Positions 41,048 to 53,794 of a DNA stretch of 64,000 nucleotides are shown one piece after another. Made by a program: the position numbers and the translations under genes. This DNA is from Nageia nagi (lineage: Eukaryota > Plantae > Pinophyta). The notes under the pieces were generated by a model. It saw only the letters and a program-made list of their open reading frames with translations. It was not told the DNA's origin and did not search any database. The first letter of the stretch is position 1. Each line of letters starts with the position of its first letter. The DNA lies in the NCBI GenBank assembly GCA_050084985.1, contig JBITNC010000002.1:33666001-33730000 (forward strand), read 5' to 3'.

Positions 41048-42699
41048 TTGCTAAAAAATAATGTGAACGTGTTAACTATTGTAAGCATATTAAATTTGTG
41101 AGCTAAATTAATCAACCATGTTGAGTTTAATCATACATGTTGAGATTTATTCAAATATATCAACCATATACGTTAAATTAATTAATCATACATGATAAAT
41201 TTTGACCAAGAATAAAAATTTCATATGAAAAAAGGTTACAATCAAAAGATATATTTCAAACATCCAACATTTTATCATAACTAAGTACCATATTTGTAGA
41301 GAGGGTAAATTTGAGGCTTGTTTTCTTATTTAAAAATAGGTCTTCACCTGTATACCCGTAAGGAACCTAAGTTCTACTAATCCTCAACTAGTTTCCTTTT
41401 GTTAATAATATACTCTCACAAGGAGCACTAACTATTTGCCAAGGGTGTGGCATATGTTGGATTGGCCAAATTATTATCTTGATTAGGCTTCAAGTTGTAT
41501 TCCTAGGTTACAAGATAATCCCTAAATGGATGTGTGGATATGTGGTATCATTAGATACATGCCTATCTATCTATATGGAGATTTTTCAATACCAACAAAG
41601 GACTTAAAGGTAATTAAGAAGTATAGAATTTACACCATTTGGATCATCGAATGGAAGGCTCCAATTGACCTTTTCCTCCCTTTATGGCTCCCCAAACAAG
41701 TCATGTTATAGAATATATATGTGGATGTGTTCATTTTAGGAGGTGCACTTTTCAATATTTATGATTTTGTAAAAATAAAATAAAAGTGCTTAACATAAAG
41801 TAAAGTGCTTTAAAAATTTACATCATCCAATTTTGAAACCTATTTTAGAGTGTCCATTGGGTTTTGTCACAACTCCAAAAAAGTAACTCTTTCCAAAACA
41901 TAAGTTCCATAATTTTGCATAGTTCACCCATAATTTTGCATAAATTCACTATTTTTAAGTAAAAAAATATAGTATAGTCCCCCTTTTTTCTTTAAAAAAT
42001 TGAACTTTAGCAAAAATAATTATTTCCTTAAAAAACATTTAGGTAAAAAAGTTCAATTTTACCTTAAATAAGGAAAAAAAAAAGCATTTTTAACACTTAA
42101 GAGTGAAAAGATACCTAAAGTTTTTAATTTCCTCTTCCCCATAAAAAAAATAACCATGCATTCATTGAAAAATTAATCCTAATTTTTAAGTAAAATATAT
42201 TTAGAAAAAAAAATTCCCCCCTCTTTTAAAAAATAAATGCCTTTTCAAAAAAAAAATTCCCCCCTTTAAAAGCAAAAAGAATATGTTCTCAAAAAACTAA
42301 AAAACATTAAGTTGTCTAAAAGAAAGGAAAGCTTGCACACCATATCTCATAAAATTTGATTTGTAGTATTCTTATGCTCCTTAAATATGAGGCCATACCC
42401 TAATTAAGTTAGCTTTTTTAGCAAGGTAAAATGATAAGATAAAACAATTAACTTACCAAAAAAGAAATCCTCTTTTCTAAGATTGCCAACATTTATGAGG
42501 GGGTATGAACACCCATAAAAACTTAACTTATAAGAAATAATATAGCATTAAATTTTGAGTGAGGGTCTTAATAATTTTTATTATTTTTTAATAAAAAAAT
42601 GGGGAGAGGTATAAGTGTCAAAATACCAAAAAAATTGGGGAGTTGAGAAGAAGCAGGAGGAGGTTAGGAGGGTCTGATGCCCTAAGAAGAGGGAGGAAG

Positions 42700-42885
42700 A
42701 TTGTGGGCTCCCTTCAGGGGGTCACAAGCTAACCTAAGATAGGGGTTTGAGTCACCCCTAGTAGGGTTGCAAGCCACCCACTATTGGGTGTCATGAGCCA
42801 CCCTCTTAGCGAGGACCATGAGCCACTCACTTAGCGGGGGTCACGAGCCATATTGGTGGTAGGGATCATGAGCCACCTGCCTAGC
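42700..42885. repeat. GC-rich ~20-30-bp degenerate repeat (ggtca(c/t)gagccacc) in the leader of element D
   Basis: gagccac/aagccac core recurs about 7 times. Confidence 0.7.
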
Positions 42886-43713
42886 TCAAAACTCTACCAT
42901 GGAGAAATAGAAACAATAGGTGAAGAAAAATAATTCTTAGAATTATTGCAAGTAGAAGGGGTGAGGTGTCATGGCCACAAAGCTTAAGGGATGCTAACAG
43001 AGTCGTGAAGCTCAAGTGGCACAAGGGAGGAGCCACCAGCCAAGGCATGGATGGAGCCAGGAGACGGGTGACATAGGATGCCAAAAAAATCCCCCCCCCC
43101 CCCAAAGAAATAAATATTCAAAAATTTTGTTTCAAAAACTCAAGAACTTTTAAATGTATTTAAAAAAAATTGACAATTATAATATATATATATATAGTGG
43201 ATGTTCCCCCCTTCTTTTTTGTTTGAAATAAATTTTGCATGTTAAAAAAAAAAAACTTCCCATTTTAATCTAAATGGATAATCACACCTACTTTAAAGAC
43301 TAAGTATTTGTTTTTAGAATCTTCTATAATAAATTTTAAGAACAAAAAATTGTAATTTTTGTACATAAACAAATCCAATGAAAAAAAATTACAAACTTAG
43401 TCAAAATGCTCCTAACAATATATTGTTGTTACATTTAGGCAAGGCTATTAAAAAAATTGCAACTACCTTAAAAGGTTAGTAAATAAAATTGTAACAACAA
43501 TATATTTTTAAGCAAAATTTCTTCAACACAATTGCAACTAACATATAAAAAATGTTAGTAACTTATGAGGTAAAAGAAAATAAACTTGAAAGAAGGAGAA
43601 AATTATACCTTCAAATCTTTTACCTCATAAAAGTAGATGGAAGAAGAAGTGGGATGATGAATGTTCAAAACAATGTTGAAGAGGAGCCTTCTCACCAAGC
43701 TCTTAATACCAAA

Positions 43714-44197
43714 TAATGGAATTAAAACTAAAGACCCAATTCCTATATGCTGAAGATTATATGAAAGCTCTCTTAAACATCAATACTCAAAGCATAAACA
43801 ATATCAAAAATTGATACAAGACATAGGCGGTTTCTCAAACCATGGGAGTACATCCACTAACTAAGATTTTTCTCATTCAAAAAGACAACTCTCTTACAAA
43901 ACCTCTTTATTCCTTTCCTAACACTAATCCTATAGAATAACTTTGCTTCAATTTTTTGGTGTGTAATCTCAATGAGAGGGCCTTCTATTTATAGGCAAAA
44001 ATCCTCTTTTGGATCACCCTTTAAACCATTGTACAAATACATGGCATACTTTACCCTTTTACCCAAGGGGCATACTCATGAGGAGTGTAAGACAAGATAC
44101 ATTATCATATTCACTTAAATACTTAAGGTTAAAGTATTGGCAAATTTACAAGAAGAACCTCACAAAACTTTACAATAATGTCTTATACATTCCAATA
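43714..44197 (-). repeat. 5' LTR of element D
   Basis: Direct repeat of 35910-36410; adjacent PBS. Confidence 0.93.
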
Positions 44198-44302
44198 CAA
44201 CTTATGAAAGTCTAGGTATCCATATTATTCCCATATCACTATATTAGTCCCCTGGAATCTCAAAGTCATAGCATTGAGGCATTAAGCCTCAAAATCTTTA
44301 TT

Positions 44303-46610
44303 TGGTATTATATCTAGTCTTTTTATTAGGTTAAAATGGATCAATAAATTAGAAACATTGTCCAGTTACATATTCATGTATTTAATAGTGAACATTGAGA
44401 ATATTAGAGTATTTAAATAATAAATTTTTTTATCTCTAGGCAAGACCTGTGGACACTTATTTCACAAGGATATACAAAAGTAGATGCAACAAACTTTGCA
44501 CTAGTCTCAGTAAATGAGAAAAAAGAGCTTTTGGAGACCATAAAGAAGTATCTCAAAGCCTTATTTGACATACAAAGTAAGATAGATGTGTCTATCTTCC
44601 CCAAAATTGTAGAATGCAAATTCTCCAATGAAGCATGGGAGACTCTTGAAAGTGCCTATAAGGAATCTTCAAAGGTAAGAATCTAAGCTTCAATTCTAAT
44701 GCATAGATTTTGAATACTTAAAAATAAATAAATACGGGACCATTGAGATCTTCATAAACAAATCTTGAAGTTTGGTTAATAGCATTCATTCACATTAATG
44801 ATACCTGAATCAAAGAGAAGGTGCTTAGAAGCCTTCCCTAGAAGTTTGATCCTATCATCATTTCTATTAAGGATTCCAATGACTTATCTTAGCTCTCTCT
44901 AGTTGAGTTGCTTGGAAGATTGCAAATGTATAGGCATAGAATCAGATACCGATCTAAGGATCTTAATCAAGCATTCCAATGCAAACTTAGAATGAATTAC
45001 CATCCTTCTACTTCCTCTAGTTCAATGTCTTCTTCAAGAGGCCATGGTAGAGGAAGAGATTGGTCAGCCATTAGAAGCTAGAGCTCAACCCCGTAGCATT
45101 ATGACTTTTGTGGAAATGATGGTTACATAGAACAATAATGTTTCAAGAAGAAGAAATAACATAACACTAATTTTAGAGAAGATTCTAGTGGTGTCAATAT
45201 ATTCTTAACTCACAACAACTTTAAAGTTGTTGATGATCAGATTTGGTACCCGGAGAGTGATTGATCCAATCATATGATAAAAAATAAGAACTTGTTTGTA
45301 AAACTTGAAGAGAATATCTTGAAACAAGTCAAGTTTGGTGATAATAATCAAGTTAGCATTATCGGAAAGGGTTCTATTATTTTTAAAGAAAATATTGAAA
45401 AGATCATACACATGCATCATGTTTTATATATTTTGGAACTTAAACATAATCTCTTGAGCATTGGTCAGTTGTGCTTGAAGAGCTACATGGTAGTCTTTAA
45501 GAAGAAGAGTTCCATAATTATAATTGAGATGAATCGCCAAGTAATTTCCACTATTATTATGTTTGAGAATAGAATGTATATGTTGAAAATGCAATCAATT
45601 ACTATTAAATGTCTAAAAATCACCATTGATCCTACTTGGTTATGGCATAAGATGTTTGGACACCTCAACTTCGACTCATTAAGTGGATTGCACAAATATG
45701 TGAAAGGTATGCCTACCTTTTCACATAAATCGGACACTTTGTGTGAAAGCTACATATTTAGGAAACAACATAGAGAGAAATTTCTCCATCACCAACATGA
45801 AGCCCAAAAGCCTTCGGAGTTGGTGCATGTTGACTTATGTGTACCTATGTAGACTCTAAGCATAGCCAAGTGTAGGTATATGCTAATTTTTATTTATGAT
45901 CATTCCTCCATGAGTTGGTTGTATTTGTTGTAGGCAAAATTAGATCATTTTTATTTTTTTATTAAATTTAAAGCACTAGTAGAAAAGCAATTTGACTATA
46001 ATATCAATAAATTATAGATAGGCCATAGTGGTGAATTCATTTCAATTGAGTTTAAATATTTCTAGAACAAACATGGTATCAAGCGACAACACACAACAAC
46101 ATACACTCCTAAGCAAAATGGAGTGGTAAAGAGAAAGAACCAGATAGTTATTGATATGGTTCGATGCATATTGAAAGAGATGGGCATGGATAACAGGTTA
46201 GGGAGTGAAATTGTTCACATAATTGTTTACATTTTGAATTATTTTCCAACAAAAATTATGCAAGATTCAACCCCCATGAGGCTTGGTTTGGAAAGAAACT
46301 AAGTATTGCACACCTAGGAATCTTTGTCTCCATAAAAAATCCATCAAACGTATCTTTGTATGACACTTTGATGAATTCAAAGCCTGCATGTTTTATAATT
46401 CAATTTCCATCAATTTGCATATCAATTGGAATGTGATATTTAATGAAGAGGGAGCATACACAAAGGTGTCAAATGGACCAACCATCACTCTAGAGTTTGA
46501 AGACTTTAGTTTTAGTGAGCAGGTTGAGCCATTGTAGCCTCAACAACCCAACATCCTTGAGGCAACAACTCCTTCCAAGAAAATATTTCACTAGAAGAGT
46601 TACTTGATAA
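44303..46610 (+). mobile_element. Ty1/copia fragment F (Ale/Ivana-like, short leader): gag, protease, integrase; truncated before RT
   Basis: Decayed PBS-like tggtattatatc at 44303. Gag N-terminus VFNSEH*EY*...QDLW. ORF 45274-45852 (LKHNLLSIGQL, WLWHKMFGHLNF, ELVHVDLC), then TP*QNGVVKRKN-like motif and DVIFNEE. Confidence 0.88.
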
Positions 46611-49486
46611 TAATTAGGGGGGTGGACAAAAAGATTATAACTATCGAAGAATGAGAATAGAGGTCTTCTTGAAATCCAAAGAGTTGCAGACAAATGTGAC
46701 CAAAAAGTTTGAAACTCTCATTGATTTGAGCTAGCTCACCAAAGATAAGATAGAGATAATGGATAAGCAAAAATAAAATAACTTTGATATTCTTCATCAC
46801 ATCTTGTCAACTGTGAAAAATATAGTTTTCCATCTCCTGGCACCCATAGGAATGACTATAGAAGCTTGAAAAGTAATCTTGAAGATACCAAAGGTGGATC
46901 TAATGATCAACTCAAGACTATTAGACTTCAAAATGCCAAGAGATATTTGAAAAACTAAATATATTAAAGGATAAATGAGTGAATATTTTTCCATGAGAGT
47001 AAAAGATATTGTAAATAATATAGTTGTTAATGTTGAGAAATTAAATGATATTTTCATATGTAGGAAAGTTTTGAGATCTCTTCTCTACAAGTATACATCT
47101 CAACCATGTTTGAAAATGTATTCAAGAAAAACAAGTTAGTTTTAATTCCAAAGGTAATAGTAAAAGTGAAGGAGTTGGTGAGACGAAGGGAAGAAGAAAG
47201 GAATGAAAGAAAAATTTCTTATCCCATTAATGCGAAAAAACAAGGACACTTTGCTCACAGATGCAAAACAAAAGTTGTTAATTTGAAAGATAAAGGCAAA
47301 GAAAAGAAGGAAGAGGAGGATCTCAAACCCAAGTTTATAGATATAAAAGATGATACTAGATAATGGATGTTTATACCTTTTGCAAGGCATGATGATGAAA
47401 GGACCTTGTGGGAGAAAAATGTAGCTTGCTTTTGGTTAACAAATTTGATTATATGTCACAAGAGGTATGGTATATTAACTTAGGTTGCTCAAAATGTATG
47501 ATTGGAAAGAGGAAGTTATTCAAGAATCTTGATCGCAATCATGAAAATGAATTCAATATTGGTGATAAGACTATATGGGAAGTATTTGACAAGAGGATCA
47601 TGCAACTAGATATTAAGCAAGGAATGAAAAAAATGCATACACATATTTTGCTCCCAATATTTTCTTAGTGTAAAACAACTAGTTGATCGTGAATATGAAG
47701 TCACATTCAAAAAAAATGAACTTGGGAAAGTTCATCATGTCATCTTGAAGAATAACAAAGATGTGGTAAGGGTTCCAATGGGAACATGTCATACTTTTTC
47801 TTTGAATTTGGGGAACCATATGGCTCGTTAAATGCCAAGTTGTAATACGACATAAACATTGTGGTTGGTTATGGTGTTTGAGATATAGACACTTCAATTT
47901 CTCTTCTCTAAAGGAAAGAAACAGCTAGTGCAAGGACTAATGCAAAATAAAGAGAAACATGAGGTTTGTTAAGGCTATGCTTTACGCAATCATGCTACAA
48001 ACAAGTTCCTTGAAGTAGAGGCTTTGAAAGCCTTTGAAGTTTTCCAACTTATGGATACCAATTTGAATGTTGCCATAAACATGCCAAGCATTGATATTTT
48101 CATTATTTCATAAACTTTATTTATGATTTCTCTAGAAGATGTTGGACATATTTTTTGAAAGTAAAGGATTAAGCACTTGGCATCTTCAAGATATGGAGAG
48201 AAATGGTGGAATAGATACCAGGGTTGCATTGAAGCTTCTCAAGAATGACCCCAATGAGGAATTTTGCTCTTTGGAGTCATGAAATTTTATGAATATAATG
48301 ACATTAAAAGGAAACTAATAACATCTTGCATACCCCAACAAAATGGAGTTGCATATGGAATGAACTACACTCACATGAACATGGCTAAGAGTATTGTTTG
48401 TCGTAAAAAATTGGACTATGAATATTGTGTTGAGGAAATGGATGTTGCTACTCACATTCAAAATATTAGTTCAACAAACGCAAATGGTGAAAAGACTCTA
48501 CACTCACATTGAATGTTCCAAATTCAACTCCCACGCCTTACATTTGGTGATATTTTGATAGGTTCTACAAACCATTAGGTTTAAAGGACGTTAAATGTTG
48601 GCTTTACCTTTATCTTTTATGCATACATGTTGAGGACCAAAAAAGGAATAAGCTTGAACCAAAGTGTAATCCATGTGTCTTCAATCAATATCTAAGGTGA
48701 GCAATGTATATAAATTCTTTAATCTAAAAACCAAATGGAATCATTGAATCAAAAGATGATTTTTTATTAAGGGAGAGTATATGGACAACAAGGTTGTAGG
48801 AAGTATGTGAATTATCACATACTAACTTTTGGGCCCACTAGCTACAACTCCTCTAGCTCTACTTACACCACCATTATTGCCATCCACTAGTTTATCTAGA
48901 GGCATTTCTTCATTGACAAGAGATGAAGATGAAAATGATGATACAAACAATGGTGCTCCTATTAGCAAGTTGGAAGCTATAGAAAAAGGTAAGGAAACCC
49001 TCAAAAACATCCTCCTATAATCCTAGACTCCAATTTTGATAAAAGGCTTACAAGAAGTCAAGCAAAAAAATTGCATGGTGTTGTATAGGATTGAAAGAAT
49101 GAACATGGATGGGGGGTGATGAGAACTTGAAGCAAAGTGATTTCATCCACTTTGTAATGATTGTCATGGAAGACATGGAGCCTTCCACTTTTGACTAGGA
49201 AAATAAAAATTCAATTCGAAGGATTGCCATGAAAGAGAAGAATAGCCAAATATAAGAACTTTAATGGGAATATAAAAGCAAGCATAATAGCAATGGAAGT
49301 GTGGACAAGAACAAGACAAGGTTGGTTAGAAGGGGTTTCATGCAAAGACATCAAATTTACTACAAGGAGAGGTTGGTACAATGGCAAGGCTAGACACCAT
49401 TCCAGTGGTTTTTATTGCAAATTTTTGAGGATGGAAATTCAACAAAGGGATGTGAAATTCTACCTTGGATGAGGACATGAGAGAAG

Positions 49487-51670
49487 GAGGGTAGCACGAG
49501 GGTGAATTAGTTTTGCATGTTAGACTTCTCCCTATCACAAATGTTGTTGGCTCTTCAATTTTGAGTTCCAAACCTTATTTCTATCCAAGGTGGCATTGCT
49601 CACATGAGCCAAGGAAGGGATAGTGAAGCATCAACTTCAATGAGTATGGCGATTATCATGACATCGATTGATAAAAGCTTTGTCAGAACTTGGAGGATAC
49701 GCAAAGGGTTAAATCCAAACAATTTGAGGCAAGTGATTATAGTGCTCAAGGTAAATGGAATTAAGCTGGAGTTTAAATAGGAGTCCATAGCCCAAGTAAT
49801 TCACATGCTAGCAAAGGCAATTAAAATCAAACAAGGTAAGATTAATAAATCGGCTGCTAGAAACAAATTCCAAATATCATTGGGGAGGAGCAAGAAGTTG
49901 GAAAAGTACCAAACTAGAATTGCAAGAGCTAGTCTCCCTAAACCTTGGAACGAAGTAGTCAAGATGATTATGAGGTATGTCACCCTAGAAGGAAGATACA
50001 AAGTGGTATTTGCCTATCACCTCAATCTCCTTAATCACTTTAAATTTGGCAAAGGAAGACTTAGTTAATTTCCCTTTCTTCATTAAGAATTTGGTGGTGA
50101 TTTCCATGAGGAAGTTTAAGCAAAATCAAATTGAATTCCCTCTGCATGAATCTATAATCAAATTAGTGTATGATTTTGCTTTAGCTAATCAACCCAAATG
50201 AAATCTCAGAGTAAGAATTCTTGTAGGAGGCAAAGAATTCATGACAGGCACCCCTTTGAATTCTAGGGAACAATTGGGATGTTCAAAGCATTTTGAGAAA
50301 AATAAAAACGAGCAAAAGAGGGAAGTTTTCCCACGAAAGGGTGGGAAAGCAGGTGAAGCTTGCATGGTTGTAGTGGTTGATACATTGTTAAACCTCAGTA
50401 TGTCTCAAGGGATTAAGGAGGAAAATCAAACTTGTTCTTCGAGTCTTCAAAAGAAGGCAAAAGGAGAGAAGGTAATGGGAAAGGAAATGAGGGAGGGAGC
50501 TAGACCTAGAACACGGAGTAGGTTGAGGAACATGGAAATTAGAGATAGACAATTTTCAAACCAAATTGAAGGTACAAACAATGGGGAAAAACTCAATAAT
50601 TTTAGTAGAGGGAGGCCTAAACAGAAGAATTGGTGATTTAAATAAGCAAGCTAAGGAATTGAAAGAGTCAATAGGGAACTTTGAGTTGCAAGGTATAGAG
50701 GAGACAAAGAATAGAATGGTGCCCCCAACCATTAAGTTTATTTACAGTCATACTAGATTCAAGAAGAAGAAAATAGACAGGTTAGCCACCCCTCACTTAC
50801 AGTCTTTTAAGATCAACTTGGATAAGATTGACTTCCCAAACCAATTTCATTTATCACCAAGATGAAGACTATCAACAAGGGATGAAAAAGAGGGCACTCG
50901 TGTAAAGGAAGGGTAGTGTTCTATTGGAAATGACTGGCTAAAGATGAACCAACCTCTAGAGATTGAGATAATTCTAGATGAAGAAGGGAAAGGGAGGAAG
51001 CGAAGAGAGGTGCCAATTTCTGACCCTGTTGAAGTAAGACTCTGTAATAAGATGCTCGTTGAGGCTATCATACAAAAGGGTAGAATGAGCCCAGAATTTG
51101 AAGACACAAAGGCAACCTAGACTTCTCAATGATTATGAAAAAGAAAATGTATTATTGTAAGTTCTTCAAGAGAAGGTATCCAAGCATGCAATTCATATTC
51201 CCAAAGGATCAATCTATTTATTTAATTCATCTTGATTATGGCCTGGGAAGATAAATGGGGAGCTTTGTCTGTTAAGCCTTCTAAGAGAAGCATTTTTGCT
51301 TATAAAGTTTCAAACCAATATGTACCTCGTTGGCTGTTACATTCTCGGTATTTTGTTGTCACAGAACCTTTGCTAGGTAGTCCGTTTAGAATCTAATTTA
51401 GTGGATTATTTTTTGCAAATTTATATAGTTATTTGGGAGGGTCCTGCTATCTCATGGGTTAACTTTTTTCGATATAGAATCTATTATACAATATGGAGAC
51501 ATTGTCAATTTGTTTCATTCTCATTTGTTTCTTTGTATTCAAGCCAAGTATGTTATGTTAGTGTTGTTTAAGTTTTTATGGCTAAACAAGCAAAACAAAA
51601 TCTCTGTAAAGGTTCCGAGGATCCTCATAATTTTTATTAATACAAAATTTACCCTTATTAATAAAAAAAA
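49487..51670 (+). mobile_element. Retroposon H: RT-less, A-tailed, TSD-flanked insertion (HAL1-like element or retroposed mRNA)
   Basis: 14-bp TSD ggacatgagagaag (49473-49486) / gaacataagagaag (51671-51684), 12 of 14 identical. Ends ttattaataaaaaaaa. Host RT rejoins as D-M-R-E-E-V across it. Confidence 0.82.
49604..51132 (+). pseudogene. Single long decayed ORF of H (~500 codons): plant-transposon-protein-like N-terminal domain plus charged low-complexity tail
   Basis: ORFs 49805-50068, 50010-50201, 50241-50636 and 50566-50865 join through about 2 frameshifts and a few stops. Core: KSFVRTW...LKVNGIKLEF...LPKPWNEVVKMIMRYVTLEGRYKVVFAYHLNLLNHF...VNFPFFI...FPLHESIIKLVY. Family assignment is inference. 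Confidence 0.65.
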
Positions 51671-53794
51671 GAACATAAGAGAAGAGGTCAATGTAGAGTA
51701 ACCTAAGATGTATGAGGTGAAGGAAATGAGAATCTAGTTTATTAGTTGAAGAAGCCCTTCTATGGCCTCAAGCAAACTCCAAGAGCTTGGTATGAGCAAA
51801 TTGACAACTAGTTTGTAAAGCAAGGCTTTAATAGGTACAAGAGTGAGCCAACACTCTACATGAAAAGATAGGGCTAACGTATTTTTCTTGTATGTAGATG
51901 ACTTAATCTATAATTCTTCCTCAAGGAGTCCATGATAATGGAGTTTGCAATGAAAGACCTTGGACTCCAAGTATTTCTCAAGCAAGGAAGTGCACCAAGA
52001 TGGTAGTGGAATCATCATTGAGCAACGCAAATTTACAAAGAATATGTTCAAGAAGTTGCACATAGAAAATAGTAAGGCTACGCAACACCCATATGCCCAT
52101 TGCACATAGAGTTTTACTTTCCAAGGATGAGGTTGATCATGTTGATGCCACTCTTTTCAAGAACTTGGTTGGGAGGTTGATGTTCTTAAAAACTATTAGA
52201 CCGGATATTGCTTACAATTGGGCTATAGTGAGTAGACTTATCGTTGATCCATTTGCATGCAATCCATAAGCACTTGTAAAATTAGAATTTCAGTTATTTT
52301 TGGCATGCAATATAAACTTAGTAGTAGAGTAAATTAAAATTAGAAGTAGATCTTCTATAAGGTGTAGATAGTATGCAATGCACTATGATATAAGCAATAA
52401 TATGTGCTTCAGGTTATTGTATCAAGATTGTTTTTGCAATTAAATAAAAATTCCATTCTTAAGCGTCAATATTGTCTCGTGTTTATTTCTCCCGTGTTAT
52501 TTGATTACTGAGTGTATTTGAATATCTGCAACTCTGAATGTCTATTCAACTCTCAATATTTTTTCAATGGCTGATTCAAACCAAAGGATTCGGCAATCTG
52601 ATTAGATAACTAACACCAAAACTGAGATCCATGGACAAGCTTTTTGACATCCTCTAATAAAAGCGAGGTAGAAATATCATTCCTGAACTTCATCTTTAGT
52701 TGTAGCTATTATTTTTTCTTTGAGATAGAACCAAATACTAATATGTTCACGTTTCAAGGCACTCCAATATGTTTATGGCACTCCTTTGAACAAGCACTTA
52801 TCACACTAAATGTTTATGGTTCTCTTTTGAGTAAGTACTTAAATAACACCAGATAAGCTCTGCAACGGACTATACCCACTTATAAAATGTTCTCTTTTGG
52901 TATCTGATATTCAGGTATATTGGAATCAAAGCAAGAAACTGTAATTAATAAAGGAGGGACTGCAGGAAAATATGGAGGACTTCTACCACGTGACAAATGA
53001 GAAGGATTTGAAGTATAAGGAAAACATATGAACCATGACCAAAAAAAAGCATAGCATGCAATAGAACACCAAACAACAGTAAACAGGAAAGGTTATGTTA
53101 TAGAACACCATACCTAAATTATTGCGACTATAGAAATTTTAATAGCAACGGTATGAAAGGAAAAGAAGAAATATATTAAAATGACCATATAAGACCAAAA
53201 CTGATTAATAGGATTTGCAAATGTGCCTATATCCAAAAATAGATCCATACAAAAGGGCATACACCATATAACATTTCATCTTTTGTGGAGAAGCACTAAA
53301 GAAAAAAGAAGAAACCATTATTGTGATCACTAAAATCAGCAGACGGCTTCATTGAAAATGCAAGGCTGAACCATTCATTTGATTCCCCTTCTCATTTTTT
53401 GGATTTTCATGTATTTTACAAAAACCTCGAACAATATCTTGATTAAGTAATACAATAAATAGTTCCCAAAATGTATCCGGTTTCCAATCTGATTCGATCA
53501 CTGTCAAGTGGGATCTGTCCTTGCGATATTCCTCTGTTTTTCAGCTGAGTTGGAAGCCATTTTCAGCACAGTCCACTACAAAGTAAAAGACCTTGTCTTA
53601 TGTAATTAAGTAGATCCGGAATGGGCAATAGGGGTGCCCAGAAATTAATTAAGCTCATTTTCTTACAAAGCACTCCAGATCAATATGCCGAATATGGCAA
53701 ACATTCAAGAATTGGAAACAATAAAACTGTTAGTATCATATCTTGCTCAAAAGTAAGAGACTTTATTCTCCATAACCAGGAATGCATTAAAAAT

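Larger units (their letters stand above)
35910..44197 (-). mobile_element. Full-length decayed Ty1/copia element D, same family as A, A2 and C
   Basis: LTRs 35910-36410 and 43714-44197. PPT taaagaggag at 36411-36420, PBS tggtattaagagct at 43698-43711. Flanks CATCC and CAACT match at only 3 of 5 positions. Confidence 0.93.
46611..52255 (+). mobile_element. Ty1/copia fragment G: gag through RT, interrupted by retroposon H; no LTRs or RNase H seen
   Basis: Gag DYNYRRMRIEVFLKSKEL, knuckle KKQGHFAHRC, protease WYINLGCSKCM, integrase IPQQNGVA. RT WEYKSKHNSNGSVDKNKTRLV at 49265-49340 resumes after 51685 with FYGLKQTPRAWY and IRPDIAY. Confidence 0.88.

Noticed and set aside
280-49010. Many 60-110 aa ORFs antisense to or overlapping the copia polyproteins
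   Set aside because: Shadow frames of decayed gag-pol or AT-rich noise, with no independent motifs.
49268-49278. gaatataaaag resembles 51671-51681 and looked like the left TSD of insert H
   Set aside because: Copia RT coding continues past it to 49486, where a longer 14-bp match restores the host frame.
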